A stretch of DNA of 64,000 bases from an uncultured Verrucomicrobiae bacterium (GCA_963735805.1 CAVTMK010000004.1:576001-640000), one strand, 5' to 3'; counted from the first letter of the stretch, positions 37,296 to 47,579 are shown. Notes: generated by a model not told the origin, from the letters alone. Translations and numbers: made by a program.

Positions 37296-38410
37296 GGTGC
37301 AGCGACCGCAGCTTCCGTTTTCTCCAAATGTCGGCCGTAAGCGTAATACGCGGCGCATGCGCCTTCTGCGGAAACCATGGTCGCGCCCAGCGGATGCTCG
37401 GGGTTGCACTGCTTTCCAAACGCCGGACAGTCATGCGGCTTCTTCACGCCTTTGAGCACGAGCCCGCTGATGCAGATCTCCGGTTCCTGTGTATCGATCT
37501 CCTTGGTCTCAAAGATTCGGTCTGCATCGTGCTCGCGAAATTCGTAACGCAATTTGTAACCGCTCTTGGGGATCGAACCGACGCCACGCCATTTGCGGTC
37601 GCATACTTCGAACACTTCATTCACCAGATTCTGCGCGACACGGTTGCCTTCTTTTTGAACGACCCGCGGATATTGGTTTTCCACGTCGTAAGTTCCGGCC
37701 TCGAGCTGGCGCACAGTCATCAGAACTCCCTGCAGGATGTCGAGCGGTTCAAAGCCGGTGATCACGATTGGCACTTTGAATCGCGCAGCAATCGGCTCGT
37801 ATTCACGGTAACCCATTACCGTACAAACGTGACCCGGCCCTAGAAATCCCTGCACTCGATTGAGCGGCGATTGGAGAATGGATGCAATCGAGGGCGGAAC
37901 GAGTACGTGTGAAACAAGAATTGAAAAATTCTCAATACCCTGTTTCTGCGCCTGAAAAACCGACATTGCGTTGGCGGGCGCGGTCGTTTCGAACCCGATT
38001 GCAAAGAAAACGACTTTCTTTTCCGGATTTGCGCGGGCGATCTTTAAACAATCGATCGGCGAATACACCACGCGGATATCGGCGCCACGTGATTTCAGGA
38101 TCAATAGATCATCTTTTGAGCCGGGGACGCGGAGCATGTCCCCGAATGAGCAGAAAATCACATCCGGTCGCTGGGCGATGGCATGCGCTTTATCGATCAT
38201 CTCGAGAGACGTGACGCAAACCGGACAGCCGGGTCCGTGCACGAGCTCGATTTTATCCGGCAACAAACGGTCGATCCCATACTTGACGATGGTGTGCGTC
38301 TGTCCGCCGCAGACCTCCATCAAGACCCATGGCTTGGTGGCTATGCGACGAAGTTCGTCGACAATCTTTGTCGCCAGCGCTTCGTCGCGATATTCGTCCA
38401 GAAATTTCAT
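37292..38410 (-). CDS. hypD: Hydrogenase maturation protein HypD
   Basis: [35 protein letters not shown]. Confidence 0.96.
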   Translation of the reverse strand: MKFLDEYRDEALATKIVDELRRIATKPWVLMEVCGGQTHTIVKYGIDRLLPDKIELVHGPGCPVCVTSLEMIDKAHAIAQRPDVIFCSFGDMLRVPGSKDDLLILKSRGADIRVVYSPIDCLKIARANPEKKVVFFAIGFETTAPANAMSVFQAQKQGIENFSILVSHVLVPPSIASILQSPLNRVQGFLGPGHVCTVMGYREYEPIAARFKVPIVITGFEPLDILQGVLMTVRQLEAGTYDVENQYPRVVQKEGNRVAQNLVNEVFEVCDRKWRGVGSIPKSGYKLRYEFREHDADRIFETKEIDTQEPEICISGLVLKGVKKPHDCPAFGKQCNPEHPLGATMVSAEGACAAYYAYGRHLEKTEAAVAAP

Positions 38411-38697
38411 GAGGAGTTGCCCGCTTCCGCGGTCGGCCACGGATCTACTTCTGGTGTATCGAGTTCGCCGAGTTGTTTCATTTCTTCGAGAAGTTTGTAG
38501 GTCCGCGCAGCTTCTTCCTCGTTCACTTTGCTGAGGGCGAAACCGACGTGCACCAGGACGTAGTCGCCGGTTTGAACTTCCGGTGTGTATTCGAGACAGA
38601 CTTGCTTAACAATTCCGCCGAAGTTCGCCTTGCCCATGCGAACGCCGTTCGAATCGTTGGCTATCTCGATCAATTTACCTGGAATCGCGAGACACAT
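38407..38697 (-). CDS. hypC: Hydrogenase maturation chaperone HypC
   Basis: MCLAIPG N-terminus, [11 protein letters not shown]. Confidence 0.95.
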   Translation of the reverse strand: MCLAIPGKLIEIANDSNGVRMGKANFGGIVKQVCLEYTPEVQTGDYVLVHVGFALSKVNEEEAARTYKLLEEMKQLGELDTPEVDPWPTAEAGNSS

Positions 38698-38893
38698 GGT
38701 TTTTGTTCGCCGCAACTGCGTCGGTCACCTTGCCGATCGCGACGCCGTCGCACAGAAGTACCCTATCACCACAACGAGGATTGGTCAGCAGGTCGAGTGG
38801 AACATTCTTTATCGCACCGGCGACGCGGATCCTGCCCATTTTCATTCCGCCTTCCATGGTAAAACCGACAATTTCGCCGTACACCAACGTCAT
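38675..38893 (-). CDS. HypC-like small protein lacking the N-terminal Cys
   Basis: MTLVYGEIV..GRIRVAGAIKNVPLDLL..GDRVLLCDGVAIGKV parallels HypC. Tightly packed between neighbours. Confidence 0.7.
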   Translation of the reverse strand: MTLVYGEIVGFTMEGGMKMGRIRVAGAIKNVPLDLLTNPRCGDRVLLCDGVAIGKVTDAVAANKNHVSRDSR

Positions 38894-38896
38894 AAG

Positions 38897-39724
38897 TCAT
38901 TTCAATTTCGATTCCGCTTCAAAGAACTCCGCGTGCGCGCCGACAGCGACGAGGGCGACTCCGCCAATCACATTTCCAATCAACGTCGGTACGAGATAAG
39001 ACGCAACGCAATTCAGGAATGAAAGTTCGCCGGAGGCGACCAGATAGAACGTTTCCACACCCCCCGCGATCACATGCGGCAATTGGGCCAGGCCGATCAA
39101 ATAGGCGAGAATTATAATCACCCACACGCGTGCTGCTTCCGCGAACGGCAGCAACCAAACCATCAACGCGATGAGCCAGCCCGCGACAATTCCTCGCCAT
39201 AACAGGGTAGCAAAGTCAGGGTGGATCGCAGCGCGCCCAATTTTGAGGAATACTGTGCGCGCTTCAGGTGAAAAGACGTTCGAATGCCATGCCAGCCAGG
39301 CGAAAGCGAACGCGCCGAGCAAATTCATCGAAAGCACAATTGCCCAAAGCCGCGCGACGTTACCCAACATGTCGACTCTTCTCTCGCGCAGCAGCGGCAG
39401 AATCACAGTCAGTGTGTTTTTGGTGAAGAGTTGTTGGCGGCCGAGAATGACAATGAGAAAGCCAACGCTATAGCCAAAATTTGTTAGAAGCGGCGACCAG
39501 CCGGTTTCAGGAAGATGCATCCGTAAAAGCCCTTCGCCCACCATGGAAAAACCCATCGAAAGTCCGGCAGCCAACCCCGACAGCGCAAGCTCAGCGGTAC
39601 CACGGCGAAGCTCGTGCTCGCCTTCGGCGTAAACCGCTTCGTAAACGACTTCGCCCGGCGGGGCGGTTCGGTCGATGATCTCGTCTTCCTGTTTTTCACG
39701 AACTTTTTTTCGGTCGACGGTCAT
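38897..39724 (-). CDS. Formate/nitrite transporter family protein (YfdC-like)
   Basis: AAGLSMGFS, ILGRQQLFT, GIVAGWLIA, HVIAG, GNVIGG. Confidence 0.9.
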   Translation of the reverse strand: MTVDRKKVREKQEDEIIDRTAPPGEVVYEAVYAEGEHELRRGTAELALSGLAAGLSMGFSMVGEGLLRMHLPETGWSPLLTNFGYSVGFLIVILGRQQLFTKNTLTVILPLLRERRVDMLGNVARLWAIVLSMNLLGAFAFAWLAWHSNVFSPEARTVFLKIGRAAIHPDFATLLWRGIVAGWLIALMVWLLPFAEAARVWVIIILAYLIGLAQLPHVIAGGVETFYLVASGELSFLNCVASYLVPTLIGNVIGGVALVAVGAHAEFFEAESKLK

Positions 39725-39730
39725 GACGAT

Positions 39731-42037
39731 CTATGATTTGCAGTGCGCGGCGGCCGCTTGTCCGAAAGCGATGCTGCCATCATTAGGCGGAAGACGCTGA
39801 TGCCAGTACGGCTGGAATTTTTCCTCCCGTAAACGGTCGACCAAGTATTCGGTCAGGTAGCGATTTTGAAAGCAGCCGCCGCCGAGAACGATTTTTTGGC
39901 TCCCGATTTTTTTGGCGACGGCAACGGCGGCCTCAATCAGACCGTTGTGAAACTTGGCCGAAACGAGGCCGGCACCTACGCATCCGGTAACATCCTCAAG
40001 GAGTTCCCGAATGGCGGGTTCCCAATCCACCACGATTGGCGCTGTAGCTGTCACCACAAATGAATACGCATCCGCGACACCGCTCTGGCGTGTGAATTCC
40101 AGGTCCATTGCGGCTTGTCCTTCGAAACTGGAGGTCTGCCGCAGTCCCACCAGCGCCGCTACAGCATCGAACAATCGACCAACGCTCGACGTAAGTGGCG
40201 CGTTGATCTGTTTTTCCAACATTTGCCGAAGCAGAGACTTCTCTTGTTCGGAAAGACCGGCCACTAACTGTGGGAAATCCCATGCGCGATCGCTGAAGAT
40301 CTCGTAAAGCAGTCCCAGAGCGCTGCGACGCGGCTCCTTAATCGCGCGATCGCCGCCGGGTAACCGAAATTGTCTGAAATGCGCGACGCGTTCGAAAGAT
40401 CCATCCTCTTTGACGAGTAAGAATTCGCCGCCCCAAATCGTTCCGTCCAGGCCGTAGCCGGTGCCGTCCCATGCTACGCCGAGCGCGGGCGGTTCAATCT
40501 CATTTTCTGCCATGCACGCGACGACGTGCGCCAAATGGTGTTGGATGGGCGTGCTAGACAATCCAAGCTGCGCCGCGAATTTCGTCGAAAGATAATCCGG
40601 ATGCATATCACAGGCGACGATATCGATTCTGGCCTCGTAAAGGCGTGGTAGATCCTGCGCTGAATGTTGAAACGCCAAGTACGCTTGTTTTGTTTCCAGA
40701 TCGCCGATGTGCTGGCTGATGAAAATGTTGTTATCGATTTTTAGCGCGACCGTGTTTTTCAAATGTGCGCCGACCGCAAGAACAGTTTTCGATTCTCGGT
40801 TTTCAGTTTTGGATCTAATCGCGATGGGAAGCGGTGCGTAGCCGCGAGCGCGACGCAGGACCATTTCACGATCACAAATGACGCGCACAATGGAATCATC
40901 CATGTGACGTACGATCGGACGATCGTGGACAAGAAATAGGTCCGCGAGGCCGTGCAATCTTTGCAACGCTTCGCGTTCGTCGATGCAAATTGGTTCGTCG
41001 CTCAAATTGCCGCTGGTGGCGACTATCGGGAAACTAAGTTCGCGCATCAGCAAATGATGCAATGGCGAATACGGCAGCATCACTCCGAGGTTCGGATTTC
41101 GCGGCGCGACAGCTTCAGCCAGTTGGTGGAGGCGGCTCGCCGGGACATCCGTTCGACGCGCTCGGCCACCGCGCCCTACCAACAAAACAATCGGTGACTC
41201 TGGCGAGAGCAGCAGCCTTTCCTCGAGCTCGGAGACTTCACAATCGGCTCGCACGGCGTCGAGCGAAAAATACATGAGTGCAAACGGTTTCTCTTCGCGA
41301 TGTTTCCGGTCACGCAGACGACCGACTGCCGCTCGGTTGCGCGCATCGACGATTAGTTGGAAACCACCGATGCCTTTAAGCGCCACAATCTTGCCGGAGC
41401 GAATCGCGTCGGCCGCTTTTCGCAGAGCGTCGTCCTTCTCCGAAAGCGTGCCGCCGTTTTCGTCCCACAACTGCAATTGAGGACCGCACCGGGGACAAGC
41501 ATTCGGCTGTGCGTGAAAACGGCGGTCGAGCGGATCGTGATATTCACGTTCGCAATCCGGACACATCATGAACTTTTTCATCGACGTGTTCGCCCGGTCG
41601 TACGGCAGCGCTTCTATGATTGAAAATCGCGGGCCGCAATTTGTGCAGTTGGTAAATGGATAGCGAAAACGGCGGTTGGTTGAATCGAAAACCTCGCCGA
41701 GGCAATCCACGCACGTCGCGATATCGGGGAGAATCAACGCGGACTTATCTCCGGCAGTCTCGCTTTCCCTGATCTCGAATCCGCTGTACCCAATTGCGTC
41801 AAGAAAAGATGATTCAAGACTTTGAATGATAGCACGCGGCGGTTTTTCTTTTCGGAGCCGAATCGAAAAGGCATCCAGCGCAGTGCGCGGACCTTCCAGT
41901 TCTACGAACACGCCTTGGGAGGAATTCGAAACCCAGCCGTTGAGCTTCAGTTCGGATGCGAGTCGATAAACGAATGGGCGAAAACCGACGCCCTGGACGG
42001 CGCCGCGCACGATGACCCTCAAGCGCTCGCGATTCAT
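39731..42037 (-). CDS. hypF: Carbamoyltransferase HypF
   Basis: GAVQGVGFRPF acylphosphatase domain, CxxC zinc fingers, KGIGGF, RRARGYAP, QHHLAH, DGTGYG, PNDG. Confidence 0.96.
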   Translation of the reverse strand: MNRERLRVIVRGAVQGVGFRPFVYRLASELKLNGWVSNSSQGVFVELEGPRTALDAFSIRLRKEKPPRAIIQSLESSFLDAIGYSGFEIRESETAGDKSALILPDIATCVDCLGEVFDSTNRRFRYPFTNCTNCGPRFSIIEALPYDRANTSMKKFMMCPDCEREYHDPLDRRFHAQPNACPRCGPQLQLWDENGGTLSEKDDALRKAADAIRSGKIVALKGIGGFQLIVDARNRAAVGRLRDRKHREEKPFALMYFSLDAVRADCEVSELEERLLLSPESPIVLLVGRGGRARRTDVPASRLHQLAEAVAPRNPNLGVMLPYSPLHHLLMRELSFPIVATSGNLSDEPICIDEREALQRLHGLADLFLVHDRPIVRHMDDSIVRVICDREMVLRRARGYAPLPIAIRSKTENRESKTVLAVGAHLKNTVALKIDNNIFISQHIGDLETKQAYLAFQHSAQDLPRLYEARIDIVACDMHPDYLSTKFAAQLGLSSTPIQHHLAHVVACMAENEIEPPALGVAWDGTGYGLDGTIWGGEFLLVKEDGSFERVAHFRQFRLPGGDRAIKEPRRSALGLLYEIFSDRAWDFPQLVAGLSEQEKSLLRQMLEKQINAPLTSSVGRLFDAVAALVGLRQTSSFEGQAAMDLEFTRQSGVADAYSFVVTATAPIVVDWEPAIRELLEDVTGCVGAGLVSAKFHNGLIEAAVAVAKKIGSQKIVLGGGCFQNRYLTEYLVDRLREEKFQPYWHQRLPPNDGSIAFGQAAAAHCKS

Positions 42038-42052
42038 GGCGAGCCGTTCCGG

Positions 42053-42820
42053 CTAACGAAACAAGCCGTCAACAAAACCGATTTGATAAAAGAGGAACAA
42101 ACCAAAAATTAAACTGAGCATGCCAGCGGCAGCACCTATATGACGATTGAAAAGTCGAAAACGATTTGCCGAATATGTGATGGGGGCGGCGATGGCCGCA
42201 GTGATCAGCATCATCCCGGCGATCGTCCCGACGCCGAAGATCACTAGATACATCATCGCCCAAATCGGGTTGCGAATAACGGGAAGGACAAGCAGCGCAA
42301 CTGCGGCCGACCCAGCCAGACCGTGAACGATGCCGATGATTGTCGGCCGCAGTGCGCGATAGAGCTTCCAGTTTCCGAATTGTCGGTCTAAACGCGCGGT
42401 TGGCACCGCGTCCTCGGCGTGCCCATGTTCTTCCGGACTATGTTTGTGTGGATGACTATGAATGAAGTCGCCATGCCGATGAGTGTGTTCGTGAAGATGC
42501 TGGCTCGGCGAAACCGATTCCACGCTGTGCCTAAACGCGCGCAAGTTCAGCAGGCCAAGTAAAACCAGCATGATCGCTACACAAAATTCCAAGCCCATTC
42601 CGAGACGCTCTGGGATTACCACGCCGAATAAAATGATCGCTCCACCGACTACGAGCAGGGTGATGCTATGTCCGATGCCCCAAAAAACTCCGGTCATTGC
42701 GGCGCTGCCGATGTGACGTTGCCGGCTGACAATAGTTGTGACCGCAACGACATGATCGGAGTCGGTGGCGTGCCGCATGCCGAGAAAAAAGCCGAGAAAT
42801 AGAATTGAAAGCAGAGTCAT
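42053..42820 (-). CDS. High-affinity nickel transporter (HoxN/NixA/UreH-like)
   Basis: RHATDSDH, WGIGHS, His-rich loop, HGLAGS. ATG 42820 is coupled to the hypA stop. Confidence 0.9.
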   Translation of the reverse strand: MTLLSILFLGFFLGMRHATDSDHVVAVTTIVSRQRHIGSAAMTGVFWGIGHSITLLVVGGAIILFGVVIPERLGMGLEFCVAIMLVLLGLLNLRAFRHSVESVSPSQHLHEHTHRHGDFIHSHPHKHSPEEHGHAEDAVPTARLDRQFGNWKLYRALRPTIIGIVHGLAGSAAVALLVLPVIRNPIWAMMYLVIFGVGTIAGMMLITAAIAAPITYSANRFRLFNRHIGAAAGMLSLIFGLFLFYQIGFVDGLFR

Positions 42821-43206
42821 GAGGGCACCGGTTGGATCTGACGAAACTTCACCGACTTGATCGCGCATTCTTTGCCCTGTGTTTCCTCGACAGTCTTGCT
42901 GCACGACGGGCATTGAAATGTCACAACGGGTGCACCCGCCAGAATATCGTCCCAGTATTTCGGTCGCCCGCGATAAGAGCAATGCGGGCAGTCCACAAAC
43001 GCTTCGACCTTGTCGATTTTTAGACTCGATCCCTCAAGCGACGTTTCTTTGGTGATCGATTCATAACAAAAGCGCAGCTGATCGTGCTCGATGTGGCTGA
43101 GCTCGCCGATCTCGAGCCGAACCTCGCAAATTTTCTTGTCCGGATTCTCGCAAGCGAATTCGGAAAGTTTCTCGACCAGGTTCGCGGCGATCGAGAACTC
43201 GTGCAT
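42817..43206 (-). CDS. hypA: Nickel metallochaperone HypA
   Basis: MHEFSIA, CPHC...CPSC. Confidence 0.95.
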   Translation of the reverse strand: MHEFSIAANLVEKLSEFACENPDKKICEVRLEIGELSHIEHDQLRFCYESITKETSLEGSSLKIDKVEAFVDCPHCSYRGRPKYWDDILAGAPVVTFQCPSCSKTVEETQGKECAIKSVKFRQIQPVPS

Positions 43207-43211
43207 GTAAT

Positions 43212-43904
43212 TTAGACCGCGAGCAAAGCGACCGCGACTTTCTCAATGCCTTCCCCGGTTTTGCAACTGGTCGGAATAACTTTGATATCGGGCTTGAGTT
43301 TGTGCACGTCGCTGGCCAGATCTTCAACGCTCACGTCCATCGCCGTGGCCATATCGATTTTGTTAATTACGACAAGCTGCGCGCCAAGAAACATATGTGG
43401 ATGTTTGCGCACCATCCAGGGTCCCTCGGTCACGCTGACTACGACCACACGCGCCTTTGAGCCCAGTGGAAACTCGGCAGGGCAAATCAGATTCCCAATG
43501 TTTTCAATGAAAAGCAGCTTGACCTTATCGACGTCAATCTTGCGCAAGCCTTTGCCGACAAGATTCGCATCCAGATGGCAACCGTTGACGGTGGCGATTT
43601 GAACAACCGGCACATTCTGTTTTGCGATTGCGTCGGCGTCGTTGCTGGTCGTCGCATCGCCGTTAAATACGGCAACACCCATTTTGTCCTTCAATTTTTC
43701 GACCAGCTTCGCGATCAATGTGGTCTTGCCGGATCCAATCGCGCCCATGAAATCGATCGCTGTTGTTCCATGTTGGTCCAACAAGGCGCGATTCTCCTTC
43801 GCAAGTTTTTCATTCGCTTCGAGCAAACTGTGCTCGAGCTCGATGTCGTAGATCTCATCCGGCGACGCTTCGATGGTCGCCTGTATCCCGCCTTCGTTAG
43901 CCAT
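43212..43904 (-). CDS. hypB: Nickel-insertion GTPase HypB
   Basis: GSGKTT, CHLDA, ENIGNLICP, NKID. Confidence 0.95.
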   Translation of the reverse strand: MANEGGIQATIEASPDEIYDIELEHSLLEANEKLAKENRALLDQHGTTAIDFMGAIGSGKTTLIAKLVEKLKDKMGVAVFNGDATTSNDADAIAKQNVPVVQIATVNGCHLDANLVGKGLRKIDVDKVKLLFIENIGNLICPAEFPLGSKARVVVVSVTEGPWMVRKHPHMFLGAQLVVINKIDMATAMDVSVEDLASDVHKLKPDIKVIPTSCKTGEGIEKVAVALLAV

Positions 43905-43907
43905 GAA

Positions 43908-45719
43908 TCAGTGAGCCAATCCGGCGAGGCCCGTCGGGGTGTGCATTTTCTTCAGCACCTTGCCGCCGCCGAGATACATGTGAACACCGCATGGCAGGCA
44001 TGGATCGAAGCTGCGCACTGCGCGCATGATGTCGATGCCCTTAAATTTGTCGGGACCATTGTCTTCAAAGATCGGCGTGTTTTGCACGGCGTCCTCGTAC
44101 GGTCCCGGCGTTCCGTATATATCACGCGGATTAGCGTTCCACGGAGTGGGAGGGTACGGATGATAATTTGCGATCTTGCCGCCGCGAATGACCAGGTGAT
44201 GTGAAAGAACACCGCGGACTGCTTCGTGAAATCCGCAACCGATGGCTTCGTCGGGAACCTTGAAAGGTGTAAACGTGGCCGTGCGCCCCGCGTGCACTTC
44301 CGCGATTGCCTTCTCAAAGAAATAATAAGCGCAGGCTGCGGCATACGCCTGGAAATAGGTGCGAGCGCGATCGCGCTCGATGGCGTTGCTCCACTTCGGA
44401 ATGTGCCAGGTAAATTCGACCTCCGGTTTTGTCGCCGTCTTCGGCAACCGAATGCGCACCGTTTTGTCCCCCGGCGCTTTGACGTAGCCGATATCGACCA
44501 AACCGGCGAGTGCTGTCGCCCACAAGCGCGCGATCGGGCCGCCACCGGTGTCTAGTGCCAGGTGATCGCCGGTGCGTTTATCCAGCCAGCGCGGCGACAT
44601 GACCCAGGTGTAATTACCGGCAAAATCACGTTTCTGCGGTTTAGGAATAGTGGTTTGGTTCCAGGGATGCCGGCGATCGACTGGATTGCCTAACGGATCG
44701 TTCTTTACGAATACTTCGCCGTTCTCACCCCAGTCTTCATAATATGAGGAGCCAAGCAGAATACGGATGCCGAGGTTAATATCGACGAGATTGGTAGTGA
44801 CGAGCTCGCCGTCTACCACGATACCGGGCGTAACGTACATCGCCTTGCCCCATTCGTTCATGGTCTTGTAGTTGTAATCGCAAACGTCCGGGTCCTGGAA
44901 CGAACCCCAGCAGCCTAACAGGATGCGGCGTTGGCCGACTTGCTCGTATCCCGGCAGGGCCTCATAGAAAAAGTCGAACAGGTCGTCATGCAACGGCAGG
45001 CAGCGTTTCATGAACTCGGCATAATGCGCCAGACGCACCATGTAATCGGTGAAGACCTGAATCGACGGCACGGTGCCGACGCCGCCCGGGTAGAGTGTCG
45101 AGGGGTGAACGTGTCGCCCTTCCATCAAGCAAAACATCTCGCGCGTGTAACGGCTGACTTGTAACGTTTCGCGGTAAAATTCGCCTTCGAACGGATTCAG
45201 CGCGTGCATGATGTCGGCGATGGTCCGATAACCGTGGTCCTTTGCGTGGGGCGCCTCTGTTCTTTGCGCTTTTTCCCAAACACCAGGGTTTGTTTCTTTC
45301 ACCATCATCTCGCAGAAATCGACGCCCACCAGATTGTCCTGGAAAATATTGTGATCGAACATGTACTCGGCTGCTTCACCGAGATTCACGATCCATTCTC
45401 CAAGCGGCGGTGGTTTCACTCCGTAGGCCATTTGCTGTGCATAACAGGAGCAGGTGGCGTGATTGTCACCGCAGATGCCGCAGATCCGGCTGGTAATGAA
45501 GTGGGCGTCGCGCGGATCTTTGTTCTGCATAAAGATGCTGTAGCCGCGGAAAATCGACGAAGTGCTGTAACATTCGACTACTTGTTTGGTGTCGAAGTTA
45601 ATTTTTGTGAAAATGCCGAGACTGCCGACGATCCGGGTAATCGGATCCCAGTTCATCTCTACGATGTTCCCCTGGGGTGCAGATGTCCCTCTCTGGGGTG
45701 CGGTGATTACTTCAGCCAT
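43908..45719 (-). CDS. hhyL: Group 1h (actinobacterial-type, high-affinity) [NiFe]-hydrogenase large subunit
   Basis: L1 TSRICGICGDNH and L2 SFDPCLPCGVH motifs typical of group 1h. WDPITRIVGSLG N-terminus. Confidence 0.93.
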   Translation of the reverse strand: MAEVITAPQRGTSAPQGNIVEMNWDPITRIVGSLGIFTKINFDTKQVVECYSTSSIFRGYSIFMQNKDPRDAHFITSRICGICGDNHATCSCYAQQMAYGVKPPPLGEWIVNLGEAAEYMFDHNIFQDNLVGVDFCEMMVKETNPGVWEKAQRTEAPHAKDHGYRTIADIMHALNPFEGEFYRETLQVSRYTREMFCLMEGRHVHPSTLYPGGVGTVPSIQVFTDYMVRLAHYAEFMKRCLPLHDDLFDFFYEALPGYEQVGQRRILLGCWGSFQDPDVCDYNYKTMNEWGKAMYVTPGIVVDGELVTTNLVDINLGIRILLGSSYYEDWGENGEVFVKNDPLGNPVDRRHPWNQTTIPKPQKRDFAGNYTWVMSPRWLDKRTGDHLALDTGGGPIARLWATALAGLVDIGYVKAPGDKTVRIRLPKTATKPEVEFTWHIPKWSNAIERDRARTYFQAYAAACAYYFFEKAIAEVHAGRTATFTPFKVPDEAIGCGFHEAVRGVLSHHLVIRGGKIANYHPYPPTPWNANPRDIYGTPGPYEDAVQNTPIFEDNGPDKFKGIDIMRAVRSFDPCLPCGVHMYLGGGKVLKKMHTPTGLAGLAH

Positions 45720-45731
45720 AAATATCTCCTT

Positions 45732-46802
45732 TTAGTTGCGACTCTGTCCGTAGAATTTCGGTTCGTATCCAGTGGTCAGTTCGCCGCCTGGATGACGCCA
45801 CTTTGGTTCTTTGTTGACGGCGCGATTTGTGATTGCGCGCAGTCCCCGAAGCACGCTTCCCCACATGCCAACGACCACCGTGGAAAGGGCTGAGCCCGGC
45901 GGCGCATCCATGAACGGCATGAATTTATCGGGGAAACCGGGCATCGTGCAGCCGATGCAAATTCCGCCCACGTTCGGACAACCGCCGACGCCGTCCATCC
46001 AACCGCGCTTGGTCACGTTGCAGTTAACGACAGGACCCCAGCAGCCAATTTTTACCAGGCATTTCGGCGAGCCGTACTCCTTGGCGAAATCGGCCTGCTC
46101 GTAATAACCGGCGCGATCGCATCCCTCGTGCACGGTTTTACCGAACAGCCAGGTCGGCCGCAGTTGATCGTCCAGCGGAATGATCGGAGCAAGCCCGGCA
46201 ACTTGATAGAGAAGATACAGCAGCGTTTCCATCATGTTATCCGGCTGCACGGGACAGCCCGGGACATTCACAACCGGCAAGCCGGCTTTGGATTTCCAGT
46301 CCCAGCCGAGGTAGTCGCACAATCCCATTGCGCCTGTGGGGTTTCCCTCCATGGCGTGAATACCGCCGTAAGTGGCGCACGTTCCCGCGGCGATAACAGC
46401 CGTCGCTTTCGGTGCGAGTCTGTCGATCCATTCATTAGTCGTGATGGGCTGCCCGGTCGCGGGATCGGTACCCATCGCGGCCCAATAACCTTCCTTTTTG
46501 ATTTTTTCGTTAGGCACCGAGCCTTCGAGCACGAGAACAAACGGCTCGAGCTTGCCCGCAGCCGCGTCGAACCAATGCTTCATAAAATCATCGCCGACTT
46601 CATAGGCGAGTACGGGATTATGGACGTGGACCTTTGGCAGGCCGGGAATGGCGCCCAGGATAACGTCTTCTATGCTAGGCAGCGAGGCAGCAGTGATGGA
46701 CACAGAATCTCCGTCGCATCCCAGACCGGTCGTCATCCAGACGATATGAATTTCTTTAACGTCCGGAGGACGATCGGCAATGATCATCTCAGGTGCTTTC
46801 AT
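45732..46802 (-). CDS. hhyS: Group 1h [NiFe]-hydrogenase small subunit
   Basis: GLGCDGD (Asp-type proximal cluster), CATYGG, PGCP, HEGC, CPNVGGICIGC. No Tat signal. Confidence 0.93.
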   Translation of the reverse strand: MKAPEMIIADRPPDVKEIHIVWMTTGLGCDGDSVSITAASLPSIEDVILGAIPGLPKVHVHNPVLAYEVGDDFMKHWFDAAAGKLEPFVLVLEGSVPNEKIKKEGYWAAMGTDPATGQPITTNEWIDRLAPKATAVIAAGTCATYGGIHAMEGNPTGAMGLCDYLGWDWKSKAGLPVVNVPGCPVQPDNMMETLLYLLYQVAGLAPIIPLDDQLRPTWLFGKTVHEGCDRAGYYEQADFAKEYGSPKCLVKIGCWGPVVNCNVTKRGWMDGVGGCPNVGGICIGCTMPGFPDKFMPFMDAPPGSALSTVVVGMWGSVLRGLRAITNRAVNKEPKWRHPGGELTTGYEPKFYGQSRN

Positions 46803-46863
46803 GGTTTTTACCTCCTGCTTTTACATAACTGTTTTCAAAAATTGAATTTTTGGGAGCGCGGCA

Positions 46864-46995
46864 CTACATGCTTTTCAGTCGAAAATAGCGCCGCATTTCG
46901 GGTATCATCGCAATTACTACGATAATGATAATAAGAGCCACAATCGCGCCCAGGATTTCCCATGCCAAAAGGGCTACATTGGTCGTTTCGTCCAT
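46864..46995 (-). CDS. 43-aa single-TM protein of the hydrogenase operon (not in the ORF track)
   Basis: GGAGG RBS, then MDETTNVALLAWEILGAIVALIIIIVVIAMIPEMRRYFRLKSM*. Confidence 0.8.
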   Translation of the reverse strand: MDETTNVALLAWEILGAIVALIIIIVVIAMIPEMRRYFRLKSM

Positions 46996-47003
46996 AGTAC
47001 CTC

Positions 47004-47579
47004 CTATATGATTTCGCTTGGCTGCGAAGTTTGGTCGCAACTATTTTTGCCCGCAGAACATTTTGCCGATCGCCCGGCGCGAAGGTCGGCAATCAGGTTT
47101 TCGATCATTTCAACCGCCGGCGTGACGGCTGCCCGGACAATCGCGCTCAATCGGATCTGTCCGTCTTCGCGCTCTAAAACGGCAGGTTCGCATCCCACCA
47201 CGTAGACCTCGCGCGGTTTGCCGCCGAGCGAGCGCACTAACTGCAGCGCCCGAACTGGATTCATGCTATGAGCATTAACTACCTCATCAATTCCTTCGTC
47301 TAGTTTATTTTTGTCCGGCTCGATATTTATTTCCGGCCGGATCAGGTAGATCGTTCCGGGCGCTTCGCCACGGGGAGAAGCATCGATTAAGATTGTGGCG
47401 TCGTAATCATCCATAATCGCGTAGGCAAGATCGTAACTGCGGATACCAAAATCGCGGACGGTTACGCCGTCGGGCAAAGGACGTTTGGCCAATTCCACCG
47501 CAACTTCGCAACCGAATGCGTCGTCTCCGAAAAAAATGTTTCCGATGCCGGCAACGAGAATGCGTTTCATCTCCAACAT
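47004..47579 (-). CDS. Hydrogenase maturation endopeptidase (HupD/HyaD family)
   Basis: ILVAGIGNIFFGDDAFG, LIDA, AHSM, VVGCEP. Confidence 0.93.
   Translation of the reverse strand: MLEMKRILVAGIGNIFFGDDAFGCEVAVELAKRPLPDGVTVRDFGIRSYDLAYAIMDDYDATILIDASPRGEAPGTIYLIRPEINIEPDKNKLDEGIDEVVNAHSMNPVRALQLVRSLGGKPREVYVVGCEPAVLEREDGQIRLSAIVRAAVTPAVEMIENLIADLRAGRSAKCSAGKNSCDQTSQPSEII

Noticed and set aside
30359..46802. Formate hydrogenlyase complex
   Set aside because: The hydrogenase motifs are group 1h uptake type, and no group 4 or complex I-like membrane subunits are present.
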